NCBI GenBank assembly: GCA_001599295.1
Contig: BCGN01000002.1
Location: 2,170,001 to 2,234,000, forward strand
Direction: 5' to 3'
Length of the DNA: 64,000 bases
Source of the DNA: Sporopachydermia quercuum
Taxonomy: Eukaryota
The translations under genes and the position numbers were made by a program. The notes beneath the pieces are model-generated. The model saw only the letters and a list, made by a program, of their open reading frames with translations. It had not been told where the DNA came from and made no database searches. Positions 55,247-64,000 of this stretch are shown piece by piece (the first letter of the stretch is position 1; every line of letters begins with the position of its first letter).

Positions 55247-55753
55247 GATAGTGTATATGAATCCGATATATGATATTATGGTATCATGGTATTATGGTAG
55301 TATGTGTGACAGTATTCGATTCTGCCTATTATTTATGATAGAAATTATTTAGAATCATATTTCCATCCATATGGGAAGACTACGGACTACCCGTTAAATA
55401 TTCATAATTGTAGTATTACATATCAATTCATTCACCTGTGAAGACAACCCATCGTAATTCATTTGAATAAATCTGTCTGCCTGTTGCGTACCTCATTCAT
55501 GAATGATCATAGCATGGATGCACTATTCTTGTAATTTATAATGGATTTAATTTTGTTCAAAGAACCTCTATNGTCATTACTTCAAATAATCGAACGAATA
55601 TGAACACTTATAAGTTTATTTATACCCATTTAAACACCCAATAAACTATAAATTGTTCTTTAAATAAAACTATACATAAAAACAATCTCTATAACCCAAA
55701 TAAAACTCAGTATAAACTAACATATTCTTTCCTGAATACACTTTCTATAACAT

Positions 55754-58700
55754 CTAATCATCTCCTTCATCGTCAGTGTCTGGTGGTCTTGGTGTACCTT
55801 TAGGCGATGATAACCATTGCAAATATCTTTGTCTTCTACGAGCATCTCTTTCTTTGATTTGGTTTCTAGTCAACTTCTTCTTTCTTTGACGGACTTTGAT
55901 GTTAGCTGGTGAATCATCATCGGTTGGCTTTGGTGTATTGCTTCTTGTTGATGCTGCAGACCCGCTATCTGCTGCTGCTTCTGCTGCCGCTGTTGCTTCA
56001 TCATTTCCTCCATCTTCAAATCGGCTACCATCGACAGCAACTTTACCTCTCTGAACAACTTCTCCGTTTTCAATAATCCATTGTTCAGGGCATAATGCAC
56101 CTACAAACTCATTGTTGTGGGAAATCATCACTACTCCTCCGTTCCATTCTCTAATAGCCATGGCTAAGCCCCCAAGAGAGTCACGATCAAGATAATTGGT
56201 AGGTTCATCTAAAACAAGTAAATGTGGCTTATTCCACATAGCTCCTGCAATGACTACTTTCACCAATTGCCCTCCAGACAATGATCCAAGAGGAGTATGA
56301 TCTGCAATTTCAGAATCAAGTCCAACATCTTCAAAATGTTTAGAAATCACCGAAGGAACTAGTTCTCTGTACCCAAGACCTTCTCTAGAAGCTTCGTGAT
56401 CGTCAAACTTCTGCACAAGCTTAATAAATCCTTCGTCAATAAGACGTTCTCTTGGGACCCATGAATTATACTTTGGAAGCCAGAATTTCCATTTGATTTC
56501 GTATTGGAAAGACTTTTTCAATTTCTGTCTTCCAACAATTGCTTCAATCTCCCGAGGTCCCCTTCCGTCTTGAATATCAATTTCTTTGCTCATTTGCTCT
56601 TTCTCCTCGTCCGAGATCTTACGAGACTCTTTGAGTAAGACCTCCCGATCTTCTCCGAATTTATATCTCCACTGTAGATACTGATTAGCAGTTTTTTCCT
56701 TATGTTGTTCTACATGCTGAAGGGCATGCTGGGCAATATAGCCAATTCTGAGGTTAGGGTGTTTTTCTACTTTACCAGAGTCAGGAATAGTTTCCCCGGT
56801 CAACAATTTAATTAGCGTTGATTTTCCTGCTCCGTTCGGGCCCAAAATTGCGACTCTTGATGATAAAGATAATGAACAGCTCACGTGTTTTAACGAAGGT
56901 TTACTAGCACCGGGATAAGTGAAAGTCACATCATTCAATCTTGCAACAGCTCTAGTGTTACTTTTAACACCAGTAAGTAAACCAGGTGAAGGGAAGGACA
57001 TTTTAACGTTAGAATCAGTTAAAGTATAATATGATTTGCCTTCTGGTTTCACTTTCACGAATTCAGATAAATTTCCTTTATAATAAGCGAGCTTCTTGTT
57101 TTCGTAATGAATGATATCAGTACAAACAATGTCCAAAAAACCTGAATCGTGAGAAACAATTAAAGAAGTGATTTCAGTATGTTGAAGTAAATAATCCTGT
57201 AACCACTTAACGTTGGTGACATCTAAATGATTTGTAGGTTCATCCAAAAGTAAGATATCTGCCTTCATAAGCATGGCTCGAGCAAGTTCTAATTTCATTT
57301 TCCAACCACCAGATAAAGATCCTACATTTTGGTCTCTTCTTTCTTCATTGAAGCCGACTTCTTCCAAAGCATTAGCAATTGATTGTTTATCTACTCCTTG
57401 TAATTCACTGTCACTAGCTATGAATGAGACGAGATCCATATCTGCTTCTGAGCCTTGCAATTTATGTTCCACGAAACAAGTACGCAGTTCACTTTTATCT
57501 GGAAATCCTTCTAATTTTCCTTGAGCAATTGATCTCATTAGCGTAGATTTTCCTGCACCGTTTCTTCCGCAAAGACCATAACGATGTCCTTTCAATAATC
57601 GTAGAGTTGTTTTATTGAGTAACATTCTTCCGCCATAAGCCAATGAGAAATCAGTGTTCACAATCTCAATTCCATCATCTTCAGCTTCGGTGGCAATTGT
57701 AATGTCTGCTAAGCTACGGAGCTCGGCAACAATAGCTGTGGCTGTATCTAAATCTGTTGATTCATTGTCAGAGCCTTCTATATTACCCTTATTTTCATTA
57801 TCATGGGCAGAATTAAGTACCAATTGAATGAAAACCTGTAATTTCTTCCAATCACCTGAATTTGCCATTGTAGAAATAACCGTAGCTATGTATAATTTTT
57901 CTGTTTCGCTGTCATTGCTTATTTTGCTGTTAAGCATTGGTAAAACGTCCAAAATAGTGAATCTCTTACTTAATAGCTTCTTATTCAATTCCTCTTCGCT
58001 ATCAGCATCCTGCAACACCTTCATAGCCTTTTCGCCAAGTGATCTTACTTCGGGTAATGCAGCTGTTTCTACAACTTTCTTAATTCCTGGAAGCAAGAAT
58101 GGGATAAATGGTTTGACTTCTCTTGGATCATTAACTAATCTGGTGAGATTTTCCACAACAATAACTGTTTGTCTAAGCAAGTCTTGTGAAGTTGACGACT
58201 GGTTCAAAGCTCTAACAAGAATGGGTACCAAAAGTGATAATGCTGGTTCAGTTACTTCCGCTACGAAGGTAACTTGAGATAAAGCTTTAATACATGGTTC
58301 AACCTGCTTTGGATCTGAGAGTGCTTTGATAATCAATCCGTACCTGGGGCCCAGATCCAAGTTATCTAGAATGGAAACAAAAGCCGTGGTAGTTTTAGCT
58401 GCGCCACTGGCAAGTTCGGGTTTGAAATCGGTCATCATAGAGGTGAAAACTGGAATAGCAGAGACAAAAAGTCGTTCTAGGAGATCAGCAGGGACTTCTT
58501 CAATTATACGGTCAATGAGCTTCAGTAAAGCNAGTTTGGATTGCCATTTAGCTGAGGAGCTGAGGATTTTCAATAGCTCGGGAAATATTATTCCTGGAAC
58601 TGCCTCTGGAGGGAATGCAGTGTATAATGAGTCAATGGCTGATTGAGCAGCTCTTTTAACAGCATTGTCCTTTTCAGCTAAAAGATCAAGTGGAAAGACA

Positions 58701-59365
58701 AAGAAATCTTGCAGGAAAGCTTCAGCAGGGCTTGCTTCTGAAAATTGGCGGGCCAAACCGGAAAGCAAAACCATTGAACCTTCTTTAGTAGCAGGAGTGT
58801 TTTTCGGCTTTGAGAACTTTTTTATATAGTGACCGATTTGCCAATTTTCGATAGCGGAAGGTCCCTTCTCAGCAATTTTCTGAACAGTTTCTGTAGCAGC
58901 CTTGCGAGCAGCAATATTGGTTTTAGCTGAGCCGAGCTCTCCAAGTAGTTCGGTCACTGGAGAATGTTCAATTTCGTTTAAAGCGGAAGCCAATGAGGAC
59001 AAAGAGGTACTTGACATGTTAGGAGTGTTCAATCCGGAAGAGGGGTCAACGTTACTAGCTGTGGAACTAAATCTATCTGGTTGCGGAGTTCCAGCTCTAG
59101 AAGATCTTATAGAAGCATTAGAAGACTGACGGGATTGTTGATTGTAGTTCGCGTTTCGGTTGAAATTATGGGGTTGGCGGGGCTGTGGGGCAATTCCAGA
59201 TACGAAATTTTGTCCGTGGTTTGGTACGTTTCCCTGTTGGTAACCTTGGCCGTAAGAATGATCAGCATTGTATCCGNTATACTGTTGATACTGTTGATTC
59301 TGAGGCTGACTCTTACCGGGTGGAACAAAAGGCGCAGCGCCCGGGTTAAATTTAGGTGGGGCCAT
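55754..59365 (-). CDS. NEW1: ABCF/eEF3-like ATPase New1 (HEAT, 2x ABC, chromodomain) with Q/N/Y-rich N-terminus
   Basis: STSLSSL motif, HEAT repeats, GRNGAGKST, LSGGWKM, GPNGAGKST, chromodomain GRQKLKKSFQYEIKWK, C-terminal WLSSPKGTPRP.DTDDE. Confidence 0.96.
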   Translation of the reverse strand: MAPPKFNPGAAPFVPPGKSQPQNQQYQQYXGYNADHSYGQGYQQGNVPNHGQNFVSGIAPQPRQPHNFNRNANYNQQSRQSSNASIRSSRAGTPQPDRFSSTASNVDPSSGLNTPNMSSTSLSSLASALNEIEHSPVTELLGELGSAKTNIAARKAATETVQKIAEKGPSAIENWQIGHYIKKFSKPKNTPATKEGSMVLLSGLARQFSEASPAEAFLQDFFVFPLDLLAEKDNAVKRAAQSAIDSLYTAFPPEAVPGIIFPELLKILSSSAKWQSKXALLKLIDRIIEEVPADLLERLFVSAIPVFTSMMTDFKPELASGAAKTTTAFVSILDNLDLGPRYGLIIKALSDPKQVEPCIKALSQVTFVAEVTEPALSLLVPILVRALNQSSTSQDLLRQTVIVVENLTRLVNDPREVKPFIPFLLPGIKKVVETAALPEVRSLGEKAMKVLQDADSEEELNKKLLSKRFTILDVLPMLNSKISNDSETEKLYIATVISTMANSGDWKKLQVFIQLVLNSAHDNENKGNIEGSDNESTDLDTATAIVAELRSLADITIATEAEDDGIEIVNTDFSLAYGGRMLLNKTTLRLLKGHRYGLCGRNGAGKSTLMRSIAQGKLEGFPDKSELRTCFVEHKLQGSEADMDLVSFIASDSELQGVDKQSIANALEEVGFNEERRDQNVGSLSGGWKMKLELARAMLMKADILLLDEPTNHLDVTNVKWLQDYLLQHTEITSLIVSHDSGFLDIVCTDIIHYENKKLAYYKGNLSEFVKVKPEGKSYYTLTDSNVKMSFPSPGLLTGVKSNTRAVARLNDVTFTYPGASKPSLKHVSCSLSLSSRVAILGPNGAGKSTLIKLLTGETIPDSGKVEKHPNLRIGYIAQHALQHVEQHKEKTANQYLQWRYKFGEDREVLLKESRKISDEEKEQMSKEIDIQDGRGPREIEAIVGRQKLKKSFQYEIKWKFWLPKYNSWVPRERLIDEGFIKLVQKFDDHEASREGLGYRELVPSVISKHFEDVGLDSEIADHTPLGSLSGGQLVKVVIAGAMWNKPHLLVLDEPTNYLDRDSLGGLAMAIREWNGGVVMISHNNEFVGALCPEQWIIENGEVVQRGKVAVDGSRFEDGGNDEATAAAEAAADSGSAASTRSNTPKPTDDDSPANIKVRQRKKKLTRNQIKERDARRRQRYLQWLSSPKGTPRPPDTDDEGDD

Positions 59366-60911
59366 TCTGTCAATTGAAGTTGAGAAATAGTGGGATAATC
59401 CTTAATTTATTAACGATTTTAAAAAAAAAGTTTTAGTTATGTTAAAATGTTGATGGCTAGAAAGAACCAGAGAAGAAATATAAGGGCGTAATTAAAGTAC
59501 ACAATAAAAAATTTTTCTTTGTAGTCAGATATTTCGGAGATGATATTGGAACGTGTCAGAAACCGGAGAAGGTGATTAGTTGCCAGAGATAATATGACGT
59601 GAGACCTGAAGTAATAAAATCTAAGATGAGACGTGAAACTGAACAAGATTAATAAGAGGAAAGTGATAATAAAAGGTGAGAGGTTACATTGGGAGAAACA
59701 CTCGGGCGTGAATGCTATGTAGAAGAATAATTAGAATTGTTGTTGCTAGCAAGATTCCATTTTATAATTGCCTTGGAATTATCAAAACTNCAAAACTATT
59801 GATTCCTTCTGCGGACTGCTAACTTTGATTACTGCTGTGCGAGAATAAAAAGATCTCAAGAGTTATCCCGAACTACTGATGAGAAAAGTCCAAGAATTGT
59901 TTCCGATATGTATATATAATTTCCGTATTGATTGTATCACTAAAGGAAGAACAAAGAGAAGAAAAAGTGAAGAAGAACATTGTTATATACTCATTTACTA
60001 CTAATTGAAAAAATGTACTGCTTTATCTGTATATTTAGTAATAATGTTTCCTACTACATTTTTTATTATAGATGCCAATATTTCACAATGACAAGCAGAT
60101 AAGTAATCCGCAGACTATACTTGATCTCCCAGAAATGATACAGCTTCATCACCTCCTCAAGTTCGTCAGTGAACCAAAAATTTACTACAGGATTAATACA
60201 ATTGGATCAACATTTTTGAGATCAATTAAGAGAATTCAAGATTATTTTATTAGTTCATATCAAGACCTTCTTAATATTCATTCTTATAATTGTTAAAAAG
60301 TCTGCAGTAGGTATCATCATGGGCTTCTAAGATAACATCATCCAGAGGTACATAAATATTATATGCATATGCTACCAACAAACTCCTGCTTAATCGTCGT
60401 ATTTTGAACAGAGTGAATCACAACTAANTATTATGTTCAGTACACTATTTTCTCTTAGTTCTTATTATCTCAAACAAAATAGTTCACTTTACAATAATGA
60501 ACAATCAAATAACAAATATGATTCCCATATTCCATTCTCAATATCCTCTAAGATATAATACATACTATACATGCTATACATTACATGTCTAAAAAGACTA
60601 GATACCGGTACTCAATAACAACTAGTACCAATTTGATTTTCATATTAGATACTCATACCAAGTACTAACCATGGTTTATTCTGGTGTAAAAATATTTTCA
60701 TGATCGAGTAACAGGAACTGTCATATAGTTAAAACAATTCAACAATTAATCAGCAATAATATAAAATACTATTGATTATCAAATCGGACCATTACGCACT
60801 TAAAGCTTTATTCATCTGCTTGAGCACATGGACCAGCGATCCAGTACTTTTAGTTTAGCCAGTGGATTTAATAATAAATACTATTAGGCGCATCGTTCAA
60901 TCTCCAACCCA

Positions 60912-63900
60912 CTAATCGTCATCGGAAAGCGTAAGATCAATAACTTCTGCATAGACCCTTTTAGTTCCGGCATTACCAGTATTAATTCCTGTATTTGTTC
61001 CGCTATCGTTTCCTTCATTAGAACTATTTCGAGAGACTGAAATTCCACCTTGAGACGATCTGTTTGGGCGAGTATATCCTTGCCGACGGAATCTCGGGAA
61101 TATTGGCGGAGAATCATCTGAAGAACCGCTATTAATACCGTCATTATCTCTAGAATCAGCTCCGAAAGAACTTCTATTGTTGGAGTTGAGATTACTGAAG
61201 AACTCGTTATACTTGTTATTGCTTGCAGGGCTGCTGTTAGTGGTTGGTGTGTTGTCCGACAGCTTGAAGAGTCCTGTGCGTGGAAAGGGCATATTGGATG
61301 CACGAGATGTGTTTATCGAGTCTTGGGAACTCTCCAAGTAGTTAAAATTTGTTGCCCTACTAGGTGGGTCCCTCCTAGCTACCATGTTAATATTGTCAGT
61401 ATCAATTGCTGTGATAGGTGTCCGACCAGTAGTTGTTCTATTGGCGATGGGGTTTGTTCTATTAGGAGGAGTGGAAGCTTGATCGTTGTGAGAGGAGTTT
61501 AAGTGGTTCGAAGAGTTCGAGGGGTTAGAAGAGATTTCAAAAGAGTCACTCGGAGTGGAAGAAAATCTGGAAGGGGAAAAGGTGGGCACTGTTGTGGGAA
61601 TTTTTCTTCTTAAAAGAGAGTTCTGTGACCAAGATGGGATCGAAGGAATGTCTGCAGGATTTACCGAGTTACTGCTCGTGCTTGACTGATTAGCTGACAA
61701 AGATTTTCCAGTAATTTCCGAAATGCTGCTTCCAGGAACAGATTCAGAACTGGAACCCCTTGTTACATTCCCGTTATCATTCCCATTTTCTCCAATTGGA
61801 GAATTTCGTTTTGAACTTAGTTCTCGATCCCGATCCGAGTTTCCATCTACATCTTCAAACAGTTCCGAGTCCAGATCGGCTAAACCATAATCATTGTCCG
61901 AGTTTGCTTCCTCTTGTGGCAAAACAGGAATAATTAATTCATGAATTGGTTCAGGAGCAGAAGCAATATTTGGGTCAGTTCCATAGTCAGTTTGGTGTGT
62001 AATTGTCACTGAGGTAACATTTCCGTTATGCGACGATGTATTCTGCTCCACAGTTTGCTTCAGGTTTTGGCTGGCAGAGGAAGTTTCCGGGTTTGCTGAT
62101 GAGCCCCTGATTCTTCCGAGAAGAGACGAAAACCCAATTGTTTGTCCTTGCTGGTTGATATTGTTTTGTTGTGGTCTATTATGAGTTTCTACATGTTGGG
62201 CACCAGGGGTAGATTGTGTAGATACATCGGACGAATGAGATGCATATGCATGTGCATCATGAGAGGTACTACTCGCAGTATTGCTATGGTTGCTAGTGGT
62301 ACTACTACTGCTGGGAAGTGCGATATCAGCAGTGTTAACAGTTGTAACATTGTTTCTGTCATTTCCGCTACTGGAAACTACTCCTGGCGTAGCTTCTGTT
62401 CTAATAGTAGAAGTATTATCTGCTCCTGTTCCACTCCCAAACACCGCACCGCTTCCTGTACTTCCCACTGAGCCTAAATCTCTTCTTAATTTTGCTCGGG
62501 GATCGCCAGGGCCTATTCCCCTATACTGGCCTGTTCTTCTCGGAATGAATATTTGCGGTGTACGAGGTAAATGAGCTCTCGAAGAATGCGACGATAATGT
62601 ATTTGCTGAGGAATTAGTTACTACTGTTGGGTTGTTGGATATCGACTGAGTCGACTGTGTTAACTGTGTTGCATGTGCTGGTCTCGGCACTGTACTGTTT
62701 GATGCTGTCGCAACAGGAACCCCATTCTGTTGTCTATATGATGCATTAGCAGTACTAGGACTACTAGAGGCTGTGGAAGCACTTTGGGCACTTGGAACGC
62801 TNTTTGGTGCTGTTATATTCTGGCCATAATTTATGTTACTATCGTTAAAACCAGACTGTCGAAGTGGGAAAAAATTATCAAACGAGTTTGGAGTTGGAGA
62901 GGTCAAGGACAGATTTGTTGTAACTGATGCTGTTGCTGTGGGTGCTGCATTTGATCTAGCACTATCACTAGTTCCCAAGTCAAAAGCTGTGCTAGTAGTA
63001 GCTTCTATAACATTTGTTTCCCCGCTTTGAACTTCACCTTGCATTGTTACGCTAGTCTCTACTTCATCTTCATCGTCGCTGTCCAGAGACACGATTTCAA
63101 TTGGCTGCGTGCTTTCCGATCGTCGTTTATGTACTCTTCCTGCTCCGACATCTAGATTAACCGAGTGCTCGAATTCAGATTTCATCGCAGGCATTTCCGG
63201 TGATGCTATTCCCGTTACTTCTTCCGTTTTGACCCGCCAGACTCCGGTCGGATCTATCTCTATTGCTTCGTCATCTTCTCCAGTATTAGATAGCACATGG
63301 GCCATGAAATCATCATAGCGTAAAGTGTTCAATGGAATATATTCCTGACAAATTGGGCATGTCCATGTAATTGCTTGCTGTTGCAACATCAAGAATGACA
63401 GCATGTCAAAACATTGCATATGTTTGCATTTGATAGATTTACAAGGATATTCAATTCGGCAGTATGACAATGGACATTTTAATGAGATAACATCTGATGT
63501 GGCAACAATATCATCGTCCTCAGTCACCTTTTTATACCGTTCAAGAGTTGAATTCATATCAATATGTGGTTTAGCCAGTAAAGTATCCCGTAGTTGCTCT
63601 ACAGTAACCACCTCTGCTAAGAAGACATTCATAAGGTACACCTTTTTAGAGAAGGCGTACACAATTTCTAAGTAATTAGTTTGCGGGTGTCTTCGGGTGA
63701 ACGACGTCAAGTTTGCTGGTTTGGCTGTTCCTGGCCGGTTCTTCAAACCTCTGAGATTATCTGGGATAACTTCAGAGTTTAGCCGAACTTCTATATGCTG
63801 AGGAAATTGAATTGGAACTGGGTTTTCCGGAGTAGAGATTTCACGGGTGGTGAAATCTCGGGACGTTAAAATGATTTTATACTTGTTTGGTTCACTTTTC

Positions 63901-64000
63901 AACAATGCAGAGTCTTCTTGGGATAGAACAAACTGTTTGGAAACCATGTTTCGTCCATCAAAACATATCACACAGTTTATGCTTCTATCTAGTAAAGGTT
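60912..64000 (-). CDS. SIZ1: PIAS-family SUMO E3 ligase Siz1/Nfi1 (PINIT + SP-RING); 5' part lies outside the window
   Basis: PINIT RGLKNRPGTAKPANLT; SP-RING SLKCPLSYCRIEYPCKSIKCKHMQCFD..WTCPIC; SIMs IEIVSLDSDDE and EVIDLTLSDDD. Frame stays open to the window edge. Confidence 0.93.
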   Translation of the reverse strand, partial: PLLDRSINCVICFDGRNMVSKQFVLSQEDSALLKSEPNKYKIILTSRDFTTREISTPENPVPIQFPQHIEVRLNSEVIPDNLRGLKNRPGTAKPANLTSFTRRHPQTNYLEIVYAFSKKVYLMNVFLAEVVTVEQLRDTLLAKPHIDMNSTLERYKKVTEDDDIVATSDVISLKCPLSYCRIEYPCKSIKCKHMQCFDMLSFLMLQQQAITWTCPICQEYIPLNTLRYDDFMAHVLSNTGEDDEAIEIDPTGVWRVKTEEVTGIASPEMPAMKSEFEHSVNLDVGAGRVHKRRSESTQPIEIVSLDSDDEDEVETSVTMQGEVQSGETNVIEATTSTAFDLGTSDSARSNAAPTATASVTTNLSLTSPTPNSFDNFFPLRQSGFNDSNINYGQNITAPXSVPSAQSASTASSSPSTANASYRQQNGVPVATASNSTVPRPAHATQLTQSTQSISNNPTVVTNSSANTLSSHSSRAHLPRTPQIFIPRRTGQYRGIGPGDPRAKLRRDLGSVGSTGSGAVFGSGTGADNTSTIRTEATPGVVSSSGNDRNNVTTVNTADIALPSSSSTTSNHSNTASSTSHDAHAYASHSSDVSTQSTPGAQHVETHNRPQQNNINQQGQTIGFSSLLGRIRGSSANPETSSASQNLKQTVEQNTSSHNGNVTSVTITHQTDYGTDPNIASAPEPIHELIIPVLPQEEANSDNDYGLADLDSELFEDVDGNSDRDRELSSKRNSPIGENGNDNGNVTRGSSSESVPGSSISEITGKSLSANQSSTSSNSVNPADIPSIPSWSQNSLLRRKIPTTVPTFSPSRFSSTPSDSFEISSNPSNSSNHLNSSHNDQASTPPNRTNPIANRTTTGRTPITAIDTDNINMVARRDPPSRATNFNYLESSQDSINTSRASNMPFPRTGLFKLSDNTPTTNSSPASNNKYNEFFSNLNSNNRSSFGADSRDNDGINSGSSDDSPPIFPRFRRQGYTRPNRSSQGGISVSRNSSNEGNDSGTNTGINTGNAGTKRVYAEVIDLTLSDDD

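Overview
Gene-dense 64 kb window from an intron-rich budding yeast (Saccharomycotina; GTAAGT/GTATG.../TACTAAC/YAG introns; CTG falls at conserved Leu positions, so standard code). About 20 protein genes: FKS-family glucan synthase (5'-truncated), TAH1/RPAP3-like, YIH1, PWP2, CTR86, THR4, SNF12/RSC6, HAT2, BDP1, RAD52, NDC1, an orphan secreted/GPI-type surface protein, a TPR-like conserved fungal protein, CTT1, a SAK1/TOS3 kinase, an ECM5-like JmjC pseudo-demethylase, MMT1/2, a 5-exon PBDC1/YPL225W gene that the ORF track largely misses, FPY1, NEW1 and SIZ1 (truncated). I reconstructed 19 introns by hand. Three blocks keep the Saccharomyces gene order. I found no tRNA, rRNA, CRISPR array or intact transposon, and no multi-gene novel system can be proven from sequence alone. 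The best candidates for novelty are the orphan 8-Cys/SEA-like/GPI protein (28.0-29.4 kb), the ~630-aa low-complexity insertion splitting the Ecm5 JmjC domain, a TPR+RPAP3_C Tah1 whose intron retention would give the short yeast form, and a PAM2-like motif on New1. All family assignments are from recalled motifs, not database searches.
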